A stretch of DNA of 26,349 nucleotides from an uncultured Lachnospiraceae bacterium (GTDB lineage: Bacteria; Bacillota; Clostridia; Oscillospirales; CAG-272), in contig CAZSSE010000001.1 of assembly GCA_964609165.1 (NCBI GenBank), positions 1 through 26,349 of the forward strand, in the 5' to 3' direction. Both the position numbers and the translations under genes were made by a program. The notes beneath the pieces were generated by a model that saw only the letters and a program-made list of their open reading frames with translations, made no database searches and was not told where the DNA came from. Below are positions 1-8,242 of the stretch, in pieces (within the stretch, counting starts at the first letter, position 1; every line of letters begins with the position of its first letter).

Positions 1-11
1 GATGTGTAAAG

Positions 12-695
12 CTAAGCGGATTGCCTTCTTTTCATTCGTTGCCAACTGATATATCCGTAAATATCATTAAACAGAAATGCAACGAAGCAGACGACCACCG
101 AGATATAGCGAATATCCGATATGGCTGCCAGCACCCATAAAACGATCAAAACAATATCGTTAGCCGCATAAGCCATGGCGAAGCCGGGACATCTGCGAAA
201 CGTCAGATATACCGCAAGAAAGCTCGTAGTTACAGATATGGTGCTTGGTATGATATTAGCGGTATTGAAATATTCAAGAATAAAATAGAAGACCGCCGTT
301 GCGATTAAAGAAAGCAGCCACATCAGAAGCTGTTCGAGCTTGCCTATGCTATTCACCTTGACCTCTGCCTTATTTCCCTTGTACGGATTTTTCAGCCACG
401 CAATGAGAGCGAAAATTGCCATCGGCATGGTCATTCCAAGGTATGTAATCATCTCGCCATAGTAGGAAAATGTATATGAAATAATGCCATAGAGCAGGCT
501 GAATACGATCATAAGAGCTTGACCTATCGGGTTGCCCTTTGCGTTGAATATAAGCGATGTTACGCCGATCAGTGAAGCAACCAACGTCAGATAGCTTTCA
601 CGGTCAAAAATGCAAAAGGACACAATAACAAAAATTACAGATACAGACCATAAAATGAGCTCCATATTGGAAAAATACGCAAATAGTTTTTTCAT
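12..695 (-). CDS. pnuC: PnuC-family (nicotinamide riboside/vitamin) transporter, 227 aa
   Basis: Polytopic membrane protein with the PnuC-like N-terminal pattern (SLIGVTSLIFNAKGNPIGQ...LYG...YYGEM) and C-terminal YGYISW. Start moved from the ORF-track 731 to ATG 695 because GGAGG (705-701) precedes it. The substrate cannot be determined from sequence. Confidence 0.75.
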   Translation of the reverse strand: MKKLFAYFSNMELILWSVSVIFVIVSFCIFDRESYLTLVASLIGVTSLIFNAKGNPIGQALMIVFSLLYGIISYTFSYYGEMITYLGMTMPMAIFALIAWLKNPYKGNKAEVKVNSIGKLEQLLMWLLSLIATAVFYFILEYFNTANIIPSTISVTTSFLAVYLTFRRCPGFAMAYAANDIVLIVLWVLAAISDIRYISVVVCFVAFLFNDIYGYISWQRMKRRQSA

Positions 696-705
696 ACAAA
701 CCTCC

Positions 706-790
706 AAAAAAATAAGCACCCGCATGCACATCTTCTAAGACCTAACGATGTGTAAACGAATGCAAACGCATTATACTACCCGGTGGCAGT
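706..790 (-). promoter_or_regulatory. Putative transcription attenuator in the pnuC 5' leader
   Basis: Terminator-like hairpin GCAUUCG(763-757)/CGGGUGC(722-716) with inner CACAUC/GAUGUG, followed by UUAUUUUUUU. A competing hairpin AAUGC(772-768)/GCAUU(763-759) and a 5' hairpin at 790-775 are also present. Confidence 0.5.
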
Positions 791-803
791 TATATTTTTT
801 CGT

Positions 804-832
804 ATTATATCACAATTAGGGCAAAATGTCAA
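804..832 (-). promoter_or_regulatory. sigmaA promoter of pnuC
   Basis: On the minus strand: TTGACA (832-827), 17 bp, TATAAT (809-804), with a TGn extended -10. Confidence 0.85.
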
Positions 833-873
833 CAGGGAAAATCATAATTTGTCGGTAAGAGCTGTTAAGATGG

Positions 874-905
874 GTTGAATTGTTGTCTATGCTTGACAAT
901 TCAAC
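874..905. repeat. Perfect 10-bp inverted repeat with a 12-bp spacer between divergent promoters
   Basis: GTTGAATTGT (874-883) / ACAATTCAAC (896-905). Confidence 0.6.
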
Positions 906-935
906 AGTATTTTCGGATTTTTATTTCAAATGTCT

Positions 936-964
936 TTGACTGCGACACAAATATATGATAAAAT
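936..964 (+). promoter_or_regulatory. sigmaA promoter of the two-component operon
   Basis: TTGACT (936-941), 17 bp, TAAAAT (959-964), with TGn extension. Confidence 0.65.
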
Positions 965-980
965 AAATATGCGGAGATTT

Positions 981-1013
981 GTTTATTTTCAGTTTATAGA
1001 ACAGCAATAAAAT
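981..1013 (+). promoter_or_regulatory. Putative response-regulator box plus -10 (autoregulatory promoter)
   Basis: GTTTATTTTCAGTTTATA (981-998), 9 nt, TAAAAT (1008-1013). The box is 17/18 identical to the box at 2871 and has the same spacing. Confidence 0.65.
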
Positions 1014-1044
1014 AGGTGCAATCAATTAAGAGAGGTGAAAATAA

Positions 1045-1719
1045 GTGTTCCATATTCTTGTGGTAGATGATGATAAAAATACGAGGATGTACTTTGAAGC
1101 CGTGCTGAAGAACAACGGTTATACCGTAACCGTTGCAAATAACGGAGAGGATGCGCTTGAAGCTATGGACAAGGCGCATATAGATCTTGTTGTGCTTGAT
1201 ATTATGATGCCGAAAATGGACGGATATGAGCTCACCAAGACCTTGCGTGAGTGTGATAATAATCTGCCCATTCTGATGGTATCTGCCAAGCAGCTCCCCG
1301 TGGATAAGAACAGGGGATTTGCAGTTGGTACGGATGACTATATGACGAAGCCTGTTAATCAAGATGAGTTTTTATATCGCATAAAGGCACTTTTGCGTCG
1401 TGCCAAAATTGCAAACGAGCGTAAGATCGTGATCGGTGACGTGGTGATCGACTACGATTCTTTGACGGTTACGAGGGGCGGGGAGGTGCAGGAGCTTCCG
1501 CAGAAGGAATTTTTGCTGCTCTATAAATTACTGTCCTATCCCGAAAAGATTTTTACCCGTATTCAGTTGATGGACGAAATATTGGGCGCGGATAGCGAGA
1601 CGGGCTGGGAGACCGTTACCGTACACGTCGGCAGACTTCGTAAACGCTTTGAGGGTTGGGATGAATTTGAGATAGAGGCTGTTCGTGGGCTCGGATATAA
1701 GGCGGTAAAGAAGATATGA
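1045..1719 (+). CDS. OmpR/PhoB-family response regulator, HssR-like
   Basis: Receiver domain (ILVVDDD, LDIMMP, SAK, DDYMTKP) plus winged HTH (KIFTRIQLMDE...TVHVGRLR...VRGLGY). GTG start after GAGGTG. Confidence 0.95.
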   Translation: MFHILVVDDDKNTRMYFEAVLKNNGYTVTVANNGEDALEAMDKAHIDLVVLDIMMPKMDGYELTKTLRECDNNLPILMVSAKQLPVDKNRGFAVGTDDYMTKPVNQDEFLYRIKALLRRAKIANERKIVIGDVVIDYDSLTVTRGGEVQELPQKEFLLLYKLLSYPEKIFTRIQLMDEILGADSETGWETVTVHVGRLRKRFEGWDEFEIEAVRGLGYKAVKKI

Positions 1720-2804
1720 AGAAGGTTCCGGCATTGAGTATAGAAAAGCTCAAGGAAAGAACATCAAGAACCTCCTTGACCCTTGCGCTTTCTATCTTTG
1801 TTTTTGTAATTTTGCTTGCGGCAATCGGTCTTACGGCGCTTGGTCTTTGGCTGTTGACGAATGCCGGGGTGATCGTTGACGTGGACGGCGATCTTCAGCT
1901 CGGACAGGTCACTCTGTTTATGTCCTTGATCAGCCTGATTATTGGCGGCGTGGCAACTTTTTTCAGTAGCCGTATTCCTTTGAAGCCTGTCAATGAAATT
2001 ATCAATAAGATGAACCGTCTTGCCGCCGGAGATTTCAAAACAAGATTGAAGTTTGGCAATACCATGTCATCACATCCTGTCGTGAAGGAGCTTACAACAA
2101 GCTTCAACACAATGGCAAAGGAGCTTGAAAACACCGAGATGCTGCGTAATGACTTTATAAATTCATTTTCTCACGAGTTTAAAACGCCAATCGTTTCGAT
2201 CATGGGGCTTGCCAATCTTCTTGAAGCAGGTGATCTTACAGAAGAAGAGCGCGTACAGTATGCACATGCCATTCGTGAGGAATCAATGCGTCTCTCTTCT
2301 ATGGCAAGCAATATATTGAATTTGACCAAGGTGGAAAACCAAACTATCCTTACCGACGTCTCGCGGTTCAATCTTTCCGAGCAGGTGAGATCCGCCGTGC
2401 TTTTGCTCGAGGAAAAATGGACGTCAAAAAATATTGATCTACAGCTTGATTTTGACGAATTTATGATCGAAGCAAATGAAGGACTTCTCAAGCAGGTGTG
2501 GATCAATTTGATCGACAACGCTGTGAAATTTGTTCCTCGGTGCGGTACGGTTGCACTTGAGATCGGCGAGGTCGAAGAAAATCTTTGTGTAAGGATCAGA
2601 AATACCGGCAGTGAAATACCTTATGATAAACAGGATAAGATATTCAATAAATTTTATCAGGCGGACGAGTCACACGCAACGCAAGGCAACGGTATCGGTC
2701 TTGCCATCGTGAAACGAATTGTGGAGCTTCATAATGGTAGTGTCAGCGTAAGCAGCGGAAACGGAATCACCTCATTTACCGTTGTACTTCCGAAGAAGCA
2801 GTAG
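1716..2804 (+). CDS. Sensor histidine kinase (two TM helices, HAMP, HisKA, HATPase), HssS-like
   Basis: H-box SHEFKTP, N-box NLIDNAVKF, F-box IFNKFYQ, G2 GNGIGLAIV. ATGA overlap with the regulator. Confidence 0.95.
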   Translation: MKKVPALSIEKLKERTSRTSLTLALSIFVFVILLAAIGLTALGLWLLTNAGVIVDVDGDLQLGQVTLFMSLISLIIGGVATFFSSRIPLKPVNEIINKMNRLAAGDFKTRLKFGNTMSSHPVVKELTTSFNTMAKELENTEMLRNDFINSFSHEFKTPIVSIMGLANLLEAGDLTEEERVQYAHAIREESMRLSSMASNILNLTKVENQTILTDVSRFNLSEQVRSAVLLLEEKWTSKNIDLQLDFDEFMIEANEGLLKQVWINLIDNAVKFVPRCGTVALEIGEVEENLCVRIRNTGSEIPYDKQDKIFNKFYQADESHATQGNGIGLAIVKRIVELHNGSVSVSSGNGITSFTVVLPKKQ

Positions 2805-2840
2805 CTGCTTGTTCCCTTACTAAAAACAAATAAATATTTT

Positions 2841-2864
2841 GGGCAATCGATTTATCGGTTGCCC
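2841..2864 (+). terminator. Hairpin after the kinase gene, possible weak terminator
   Basis: GGGCAATCGA-TTTA-TCGGTTGCCC, a 10-bp stem with one GU pair. The U-tract is poor. Confidence 0.4.
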
Positions 2865-2870
2865 CATTCT

Positions 2871-2903
2871 GTTTAGTTTCAGTTTATATTTCGTGCGTAT
2901 AAT
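2871..2903 (+). promoter_or_regulatory. Putative response-regulator box plus -10 of the lipid operon
   Basis: GTTTAGTTTCAGTTTATA (2871-2888), 9 nt, TATAAT (2898-2903). No recognisable -35; GTTTA half-sites repeat with an 11-bp period. Confidence 0.7.
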
Positions 2904-2953
2904 TCTGTCGTAAAATCAAGAATAAACTTTGAAAATATAAGGGGAAGATCGCT

Positions 2954-3847
2954 ATGAAAAAAGTAAAAATCATCACCGATTCCTGCGCAGACATTGGCGC
3001 GGATATTCTGCAAAGGTATGATATTGATTACGTAAAAATGTCAACCATTGAAGATGGCAGGGAGGCTCCCGCACTTCTGACATGGAGTGCAGCAGATGCA
3101 CATAAACTTTATGATACCATTCGAGGCGGAAAGCGCATTATGACCGCACAGGTGTCGGTGGAAGAGTTTACTGCTGTTTTCACGAAGTATCTGGAGGAGG
3201 GCTACGATATTGTGTATATCGCCTGTTCCTCCAAGCAGTCAGGCTCTGTAAATACCGGTTACGTTACGGCTAAGGGCTTGCTGGAGAAATATCCGGACGG
3301 CAAGATCATCTGCATCGATTCTCTCAATGCAAGTATGGGCGAAGGTATGCTGGCTGTCGAGGCGGCAAAGCTTGCGGCAGAGGGTAAGAGCGCTGATGAG
3401 ATCCACAGCTATATTTTATCGATCCGAAAAAGGGTAAATCAATTTGTTACTGTACATACTCTCGATCACCTGAAAAAATCAGGTCGAGTTTCGGCGTCAT
3501 CCGCATTCTTTGGAAATTTAATGGGAGTAAAGCCGATTCTCATTTCAGATGTGGACGGTACACAAACGGCAGTCAAAAAGGTAAAAGGCAGACAGACCTC
3601 ATTTACCGAGATCGTAAAATGCCTGAAGGAAGCTATTGTTGAGCCGGAGAAGCAGATGGTATATATAGCTCATGCCGACTGTAGCAAGGAGGAGCTTGAA
3701 AGGCTTGTTACTCTTGTAAAGGACGAGATCCCTTGCAAGGATGTTTACATTGGACTGATCGGTCCTATCATCGGTGCCTCTATCGGTCCTGACGCAGTTG
3801 CAATTTGGGGATTTGGACAAGAGGTAACGTATAAAGCGGGAGAGTGA
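2954..3847 (+). CDS. degV: DegV-family fatty-acid-binding protein (FakB-like)
   Basis: IITDS, SSKQSGS, IDSLNASMGEG and TLDHLKKSGR motifs typical of DegV. Confidence 0.93.
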   Translation: MKKVKIITDSCADIGADILQRYDIDYVKMSTIEDGREAPALLTWSAADAHKLYDTIRGGKRIMTAQVSVEEFTAVFTKYLEEGYDIVYIACSSKQSGSVNTGYVTAKGLLEKYPDGKIICIDSLNASMGEGMLAVEAAKLAAEGKSADEIHSYILSIRKRVNQFVTVHTLDHLKKSGRVSASSAFFGNLMGVKPILISDVDGTQTAVKKVKGRQTSFTEIVKCLKEAIVEPEKQMVYIAHADCSKEELERLVTLVKDEIPCKDVYIGLIGPIIGASIGPDAVAIWGFGQEVTYKAGE

Positions 3848-3849
3848 GA

Positions 3850-5481
3850 ATGAGAACTTTAGACGGCATACTTTTCGCCAGAATGATCAATTCCGGAGCG
3901 GCAAGCCTAAAGGCGCACGCAAAGGAGGTAAACGATTTAAACGTATTTCCCATTCCCGACGGTGACACGGGCGACAATATGCTTATGACGATGATGGGTG
4001 GTGTCCATAAGGATTTCGATTGTGAGTCACTGTGCGAGGTAGCAGAGCGCGTGTCGAGCGGAATGTTGATGTCGGCACGCGGTAATTCGGGTGTAATTTT
4101 GTCGCAGTTCTTTGAGGGAATAAAAAACGGTTTTTCCGGACTTCATTCGGCAGATACTGACGCAATCGGCAGGGCCTTTCGCAATGGGGTAACGCAGGCG
4201 TATCAATCGGTTATGACACCGACCGAGGGAACCATCCTGACGGTCGTGCGCGAGGCAACCGAGTACGCTTGCAAGCAAAACACAGAAACGCCCGAGACAT
4301 TTCTGAACGCCTTTATAGAAGAAGCAAAGTTGTCTCTCGCAAGAACGCCCGAGCTTTTGCCCGTGCTGAAAAAAGCAGGTGTGGTCGATTCGGGTGCGGC
4401 AGGTCTCATTTATATCGTGGACGGAATGATGAGAGCCGTGATCGGCGAGGATGTGTCGGATATTACCGAATTTTCCGAGCACGCGCAGGAGCTTGATCTT
4501 GATGCATTCAATGAAGATAGTGTGTTGGAGTACGGATATTGTACCGAGCTTCTCGTTCGCTTACAGAATGTCAAGACCGATATATCGGCTTTCGACGTAA
4601 ATGTAATTACCGATTATTTGCAAACGATAGGCGATTCCATTGTTACCGTTCGCAACGGTAGTATAGTCAAGCTCCACGTACATACGATGACACCGCAAAG
4701 GGTGCTTGATTTCTGTCAACAATACGGCGAATTTCTCAAGGTCAAGATAGAAAATATGTCCTTGCAGCACAATAATACCGTTATCGAGGAAAAGAAATCT
4801 GCCCCTATGAAGGAGCGTAAAAGGTATGGTGTTGTTGCCGTTGCCTGCGGTGAAGGACTGAAAGAGACCTTCCGCGACAGAGGCGCGGACGTGATCGTAG
4901 ACGGCGGGCAGAGCATGAATCCATCCGCTGAGGATTTTATCGAAGCGTTTGATGAGGTTAATGCGGATGTGATCTTCGTATTTCCAAACAATAGCAATAT
5001 CATGCTGGCAGCACAGCAAGCGGCGCACTTATATGACAGCTCAGATGTGCGTGTGATCGAAAGCACCACAATCGGCGCGGGTTATGCGTCCCTTGCCATG
5101 CTGGATACGACCTCGGGGGATACCGATACGATCGTCGAGGAGCTCCAAATGGCAATGGAGGGCGTTGTGACTGCCGAGATCTCTCACTGTGTCCGAGATG
5201 CCGTAATTGATGGAAACGAAATGCACACCGGTGATTATATTGGCTTTGTCGGTAAAAGGCTTCTTTCTGTAAACCTAGAAAGACTTAATACAGTGTGTGA
5301 AGCCATAGAAAGGATCGGTTTTGAAGCCTACGACGTTTGTATTCTTTTTTGCGGTAAGGATGCGACCGAGGAGGAAGCTGAAAAAATCGAGGCTTACTTA
5401 CATTCTCACTACAAGGGAAAAGAGATATATATTATAAACGGTGGTCAGGACGTATACGATTATATTATGGTCATAGAATAA
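3850..5481 (+). CDS. fakA: DAK2-domain fatty acid kinase catalytic subunit (FakA-like)
   Basis: LNVFPIPDGDTGDNM, ARGNSGVILSQ, EGTILTV, GVVDSGA, YGYCTE, HVHT and KIENM motifs. ATG 3850 is 7 nt after GGAG; the alternative start is GTG 3844. Confidence 0.92.
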   Translation: MRTLDGILFARMINSGAASLKAHAKEVNDLNVFPIPDGDTGDNMLMTMMGGVHKDFDCESLCEVAERVSSGMLMSARGNSGVILSQFFEGIKNGFSGLHSADTDAIGRAFRNGVTQAYQSVMTPTEGTILTVVREATEYACKQNTETPETFLNAFIEEAKLSLARTPELLPVLKKAGVVDSGAAGLIYIVDGMMRAVIGEDVSDITEFSEHAQELDLDAFNEDSVLEYGYCTELLVRLQNVKTDISAFDVNVITDYLQTIGDSIVTVRNGSIVKLHVHTMTPQRVLDFCQQYGEFLKVKIENMSLQHNNTVIEEKKSAPMKERKRYGVVAVACGEGLKETFRDRGADVIVDGGQSMNPSAEDFIEAFDEVNADVIFVFPNNSNIMLAAQQAAHLYDSSDVRVIESTTIGAGYASLAMLDTTSGDTDTIVEELQMAMEGVVTAEISHCVRDAVIDGNEMHTGDYIGFVGKRLLSVNLERLNTVCEAIERIGFEAYDVCILFCGKDATEEEAEKIEAYLHSHYKGKEIYIINGGQDVYDYIMVIE

Positions 5482-5494
5482 ATCGGAGGGGAGA

Positions 5495-6124
5495 ATGAAG
5501 GTATTTCTTTACATAGCGGCGGCGATATGCGGATATGTTGTAGCAGGAATGAATCCCGCCATTACCCTCTCAAGGGCAATATACAAAAAAGATATACGAG
5601 AATGTGGGAGCGGCAATCCCGGCTTTACCAATTTTAAAAGAACCTTTGGCAACAAATGGGCATGGTGGGTGCTCGTGCTTGATCTATCCAAAGCCGCAGT
5701 CGTCGTAGGAATTTTTGCTTGGCTTTTGTCCCGTCATGGCGTGGATTTTCAGCTTGGAGCGTCATACACGGGAATGTTTTGTATGCTCGGTCACGCTTTT
5801 CCGCTTGAATATCAATTCAAGGGCGGTAAGGGATTTCTTGTCTGCTTGTCTACTATGTATATAATCGATTGGCGCGTGGGATTGATCGCAACGGGAATTA
5901 TGGTCGCGCTGCTGTTGATTACCAAATATATGTCGCTTTCTACCACAATTGCAATGCTTCTGTGCCCGATTTTGCTTATCCCGTTCGGTGCATCGCTCCC
6001 GGTTATCCTAATGGCGTCATTTTGCTCGATATTTATGACGGTCAGACACAAGGAAAACTTCAAACGACTTTTCAAGGGAACTGAATCCAAATTTTCTATC
6101 AAAGGCAAGAAGGATAAAAAGTAA
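5495..6124 (+). CDS. plsY: Acyl-phosphate:glycerol-3-phosphate acyltransferase
   Basis: DIRECGSGNPGFTN, DLSK, GHAFP...FKGGKG and RHKENFKRL motifs. Confidence 0.93.
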   Translation: MKVFLYIAAAICGYVVAGMNPAITLSRAIYKKDIRECGSGNPGFTNFKRTFGNKWAWWVLVLDLSKAAVVVGIFAWLLSRHGVDFQLGASYTGMFCMLGHAFPLEYQFKGGKGFLVCLSTMYIIDWRVGLIATGIMVALLLITKYMSLSTTIAMLLCPILLIPFGASLPVILMASFCSIFMTVRHKENFKRLFKGTESKFSIKGKKDKK

Positions 6125-6134
6125 AAATTGAAAT

Positions 6135-6848
6135 ATGATAGATAATGAGAAACGTACACAACACAAAGCGCTGAAAACATTCAGACGGATCTTTATGATC
6201 CTGTTTTGGGGCGTATTGCTTCTGCTTTGCTTTCTGAACAGAGAGAAAATATCGGTTGAAGGAATTGTCGATCTCGTTCCCAAGGACGCGGTTTTGTCCA
6301 TTGTCGTGATGCTGCTTCTTTTTGCCGTTAAAGGTGTTGCGGTCTTTATTTACGGTAGTATTCTTTATGCGGCAAGCGGTATTCTGTTTTCGCTTCCCGT
6401 GGCAATTATTGTGAATACTGTCGGGACAGTCATAATGACGACTATTCCGTTTTACATAGGGAAGAAGGCGGGAAGGCGAATGATCGGCGAGCTTGTCAAG
6501 AAAAACTCTAAGTTGGAAATTCTGCAAGACACTCAAAACAAAAATGAATTTCTCGTCAGCTTCTTTCTTCGCATGGTCGGGCTTTTGCCTTCAGATCTTG
6601 TGGCAATGTATCTTGGTTCAAGCGGAATGTGCTACAAGCCATACCTCTTCGGAACCGTCATTGGACTTATGCCTTCTATCGTGTGCTTTTCCGTTATGGG
6701 AATGAGCATTGATGACGTTGGTTCACCGCAATTTATAATATCTTTGATCGTAGAAGCGGGACTTATGCTTCTCGCACTTGTCATTTATTTTATTTGGAAA
6801 TGTAAGAACAAAAAGAAACGTGAGATGATGAACAATGATGAAGCATAG
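6135..6848 (+). CDS. TVP38/TMEM64 (VTT domain, DedA superfamily) membrane protein
   Basis: Multi-TM protein with SGILFS...G...NTVG...FYIGK and FFLRMVGLLPSDLV...G motifs. Confidence 0.85.
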   Translation: MIDNEKRTQHKALKTFRRIFMILFWGVLLLLCFLNREKISVEGIVDLVPKDAVLSIVVMLLLFAVKGVAVFIYGSILYAASGILFSLPVAIIVNTVGTVIMTTIPFYIGKKAGRRMIGELVKKNSKLEILQDTQNKNEFLVSFFLRMVGLLPSDLVAMYLGSSGMCYKPYLFGTVIGLMPSIVCFSVMGMSIDDVGSPQFIISLIVEAGLMLLALVIYFIWKCKNKKKREMMNNDEA

Positions 6849-7683
6849 CATGAATCTTTTGGTAACGTTGAATGAAGCCTATTTGCCGTACCTGAATACG
6901 CTTCTTTCTTCTGTTATTTATCATAATCCGGATACTTATTTCACCGTGTACCTGCTGCACACGTCAATTCGCAGGGAAGCGACCGAAAAAACAAATGCCA
7001 TTTTGGGGAAGAGCGGTAAGCTTGTTATGATCGAAGCCGAAGGTCACGGGCTTGACAATGCGCCTACTACCGACCGCTTTCCCAAGGAAATGTATTACCG
7101 TATTTTTGCGGCAAAATATTTGCCGGAGAATGTTAGTAGAGTTTTATATCTTGATCCTGACATCATTGTTAACGGATCGCTTGCAGAGCTTTATGATACA
7201 CCGCTTGACGGATATTATTTTGCGGCGGCTTCTCACAATGGGAGGGTGACGCGATTTATTAACGGAAAGCGTCTTCGCTTACAAAAGGGAGCTCCTTATA
7301 TCAATTCGGGCGTTCTTCTGATGAATCTTGATCTCTTGCGTAAGGAGCAGAAATATGAGAATGTATTTACCTATATCGAAAAGAAGGGAACCAAGCTGCT
7401 TTTGCCGGATCAGGATGTGATCAGTGGGTTGTACGGAGAACGAATTTTTAAGCTGAGTGCCTATATCTACAATATGACAGATCGCTTGTATCGTTATGAC
7501 CGAATATTCGGTAAGAGACATAAATTTGAATGGTATAAGGAAAACTCGGTTATTTTCCATTATTGTGGAAAAAACAAGCCGTGGAAAAAGAATTATTCCG
7601 GTGCTTTCGGGATTTTCTATAAAGAGACTCTTGCGCGAATGGGAAGCGCGTGTGAGGCAGAAGGGGGAGCTACATATGCATAG
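6835..7683 (+). CDS. Glycosyltransferase family 8 (GspA/RfaJ-like)
   Basis: MYYRIFA, RVLYLDPDIIV (DxD), YINSGVLLMNL, DQDVI and HYCGKNKPW motifs. Start uncertain (6835, 6838 or 6850). Confidence 0.9.
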   Translation: MMKHSMNLLVTLNEAYLPYLNTLLSSVIYHNPDTYFTVYLLHTSIRREATEKTNAILGKSGKLVMIEAEGHGLDNAPTTDRFPKEMYYRIFAAKYLPENVSRVLYLDPDIIVNGSLAELYDTPLDGYYFAAASHNGRVTRFINGKRLRLQKGAPYINSGVLLMNLDLLRKEQKYENVFTYIEKKGTKLLLPDQDVISGLYGERIFKLSAYIYNMTDRLYRYDRIFGKRHKFEWYKENSVIFHYCGKNKPWKKNYSGAFGIFYKETLARMGSACEAEGGATYA

Positions 7684-8242
7684 AATATTTAAGAAAAAAC
7701 AAATACTTACCATACCGAACCTGCTTAGCTTGGTTCGCCTTGCGCTCATTCCTGTAATCGTTTGGTTGTACAGCTATGAGCAGAAATATTACGCCGCGAT
7801 AGGTGTGATCATTCTGTCCGGCGCGACAGATATTATCGACGGTTGGATCGCGCGGCATTTTCATATGATATCAGACTTTGGAAAGATCCTTGACCCCGTA
7901 GCGGACAAGCTGACGCAGGCAGCAATGCTTTTATGCTTGCTGTCAAAATATAAATTGATGTGGGGACTTGTAATATTGTTTGCGCTTTGTGAGATAACCA
8001 AGCTGATACTCGGTGCTGTTGTTATGAAAAAGCACGACGAGGTTAACAGTGCAAAATGGTATGGAAAGATGAACACTGTGGTTATTTACGTAACAATGAT
8101 GCTTTTGATTTTGTTCCCTCAAATGCATAGTGTTCTGGCAAACGCGCTGATGCTGCTTTGCGGTACCGGTATGATAATCGCTCACGTGCTGTATTTTGTA
8201 TTCCTTGGCAATATTCTGCTTGATAGGAGTCACCGCGGATGA
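7676..8242 (+). CDS. CDP-alcohol phosphatidyltransferase (PgsA-like)
   Basis: IPNLLSLVR and the signature DIIDGWIARHFHMISDFGKILDPVAD. Start at ATG 7676 after GGGGGAG, not the ORF-track 7496. The acceptor alcohol is not certain. Confidence 0.9.
   Translation: MHRIFKKKQILTIPNLLSLVRLALIPVIVWLYSYEQKYYAAIGVIILSGATDIIDGWIARHFHMISDFGKILDPVADKLTQAAMLLCLLSKYKLMWGLVILFALCEITKLILGAVVMKKHDEVNSAKWYGKMNTVVIYVTMMLLILFPQMHSVLANALMLLCGTGMIIAHVLYFVFLGNILLDRSHRG

Noticed and set aside
696-790. Purine, ZTP, preQ1, TPP or NAD+-II riboswitch in the pnuC leader
   Set aside because: Only fragments match (UAUAAU, CCACCGGG); the remaining conserved cores are absent.
1570-1590. Response regulator reads DEILG where the family usually has DEIWG (TTG vs TGG)
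   Set aside because: A single hydrophobic substitution with all other motifs intact; not enough to call loss of function.
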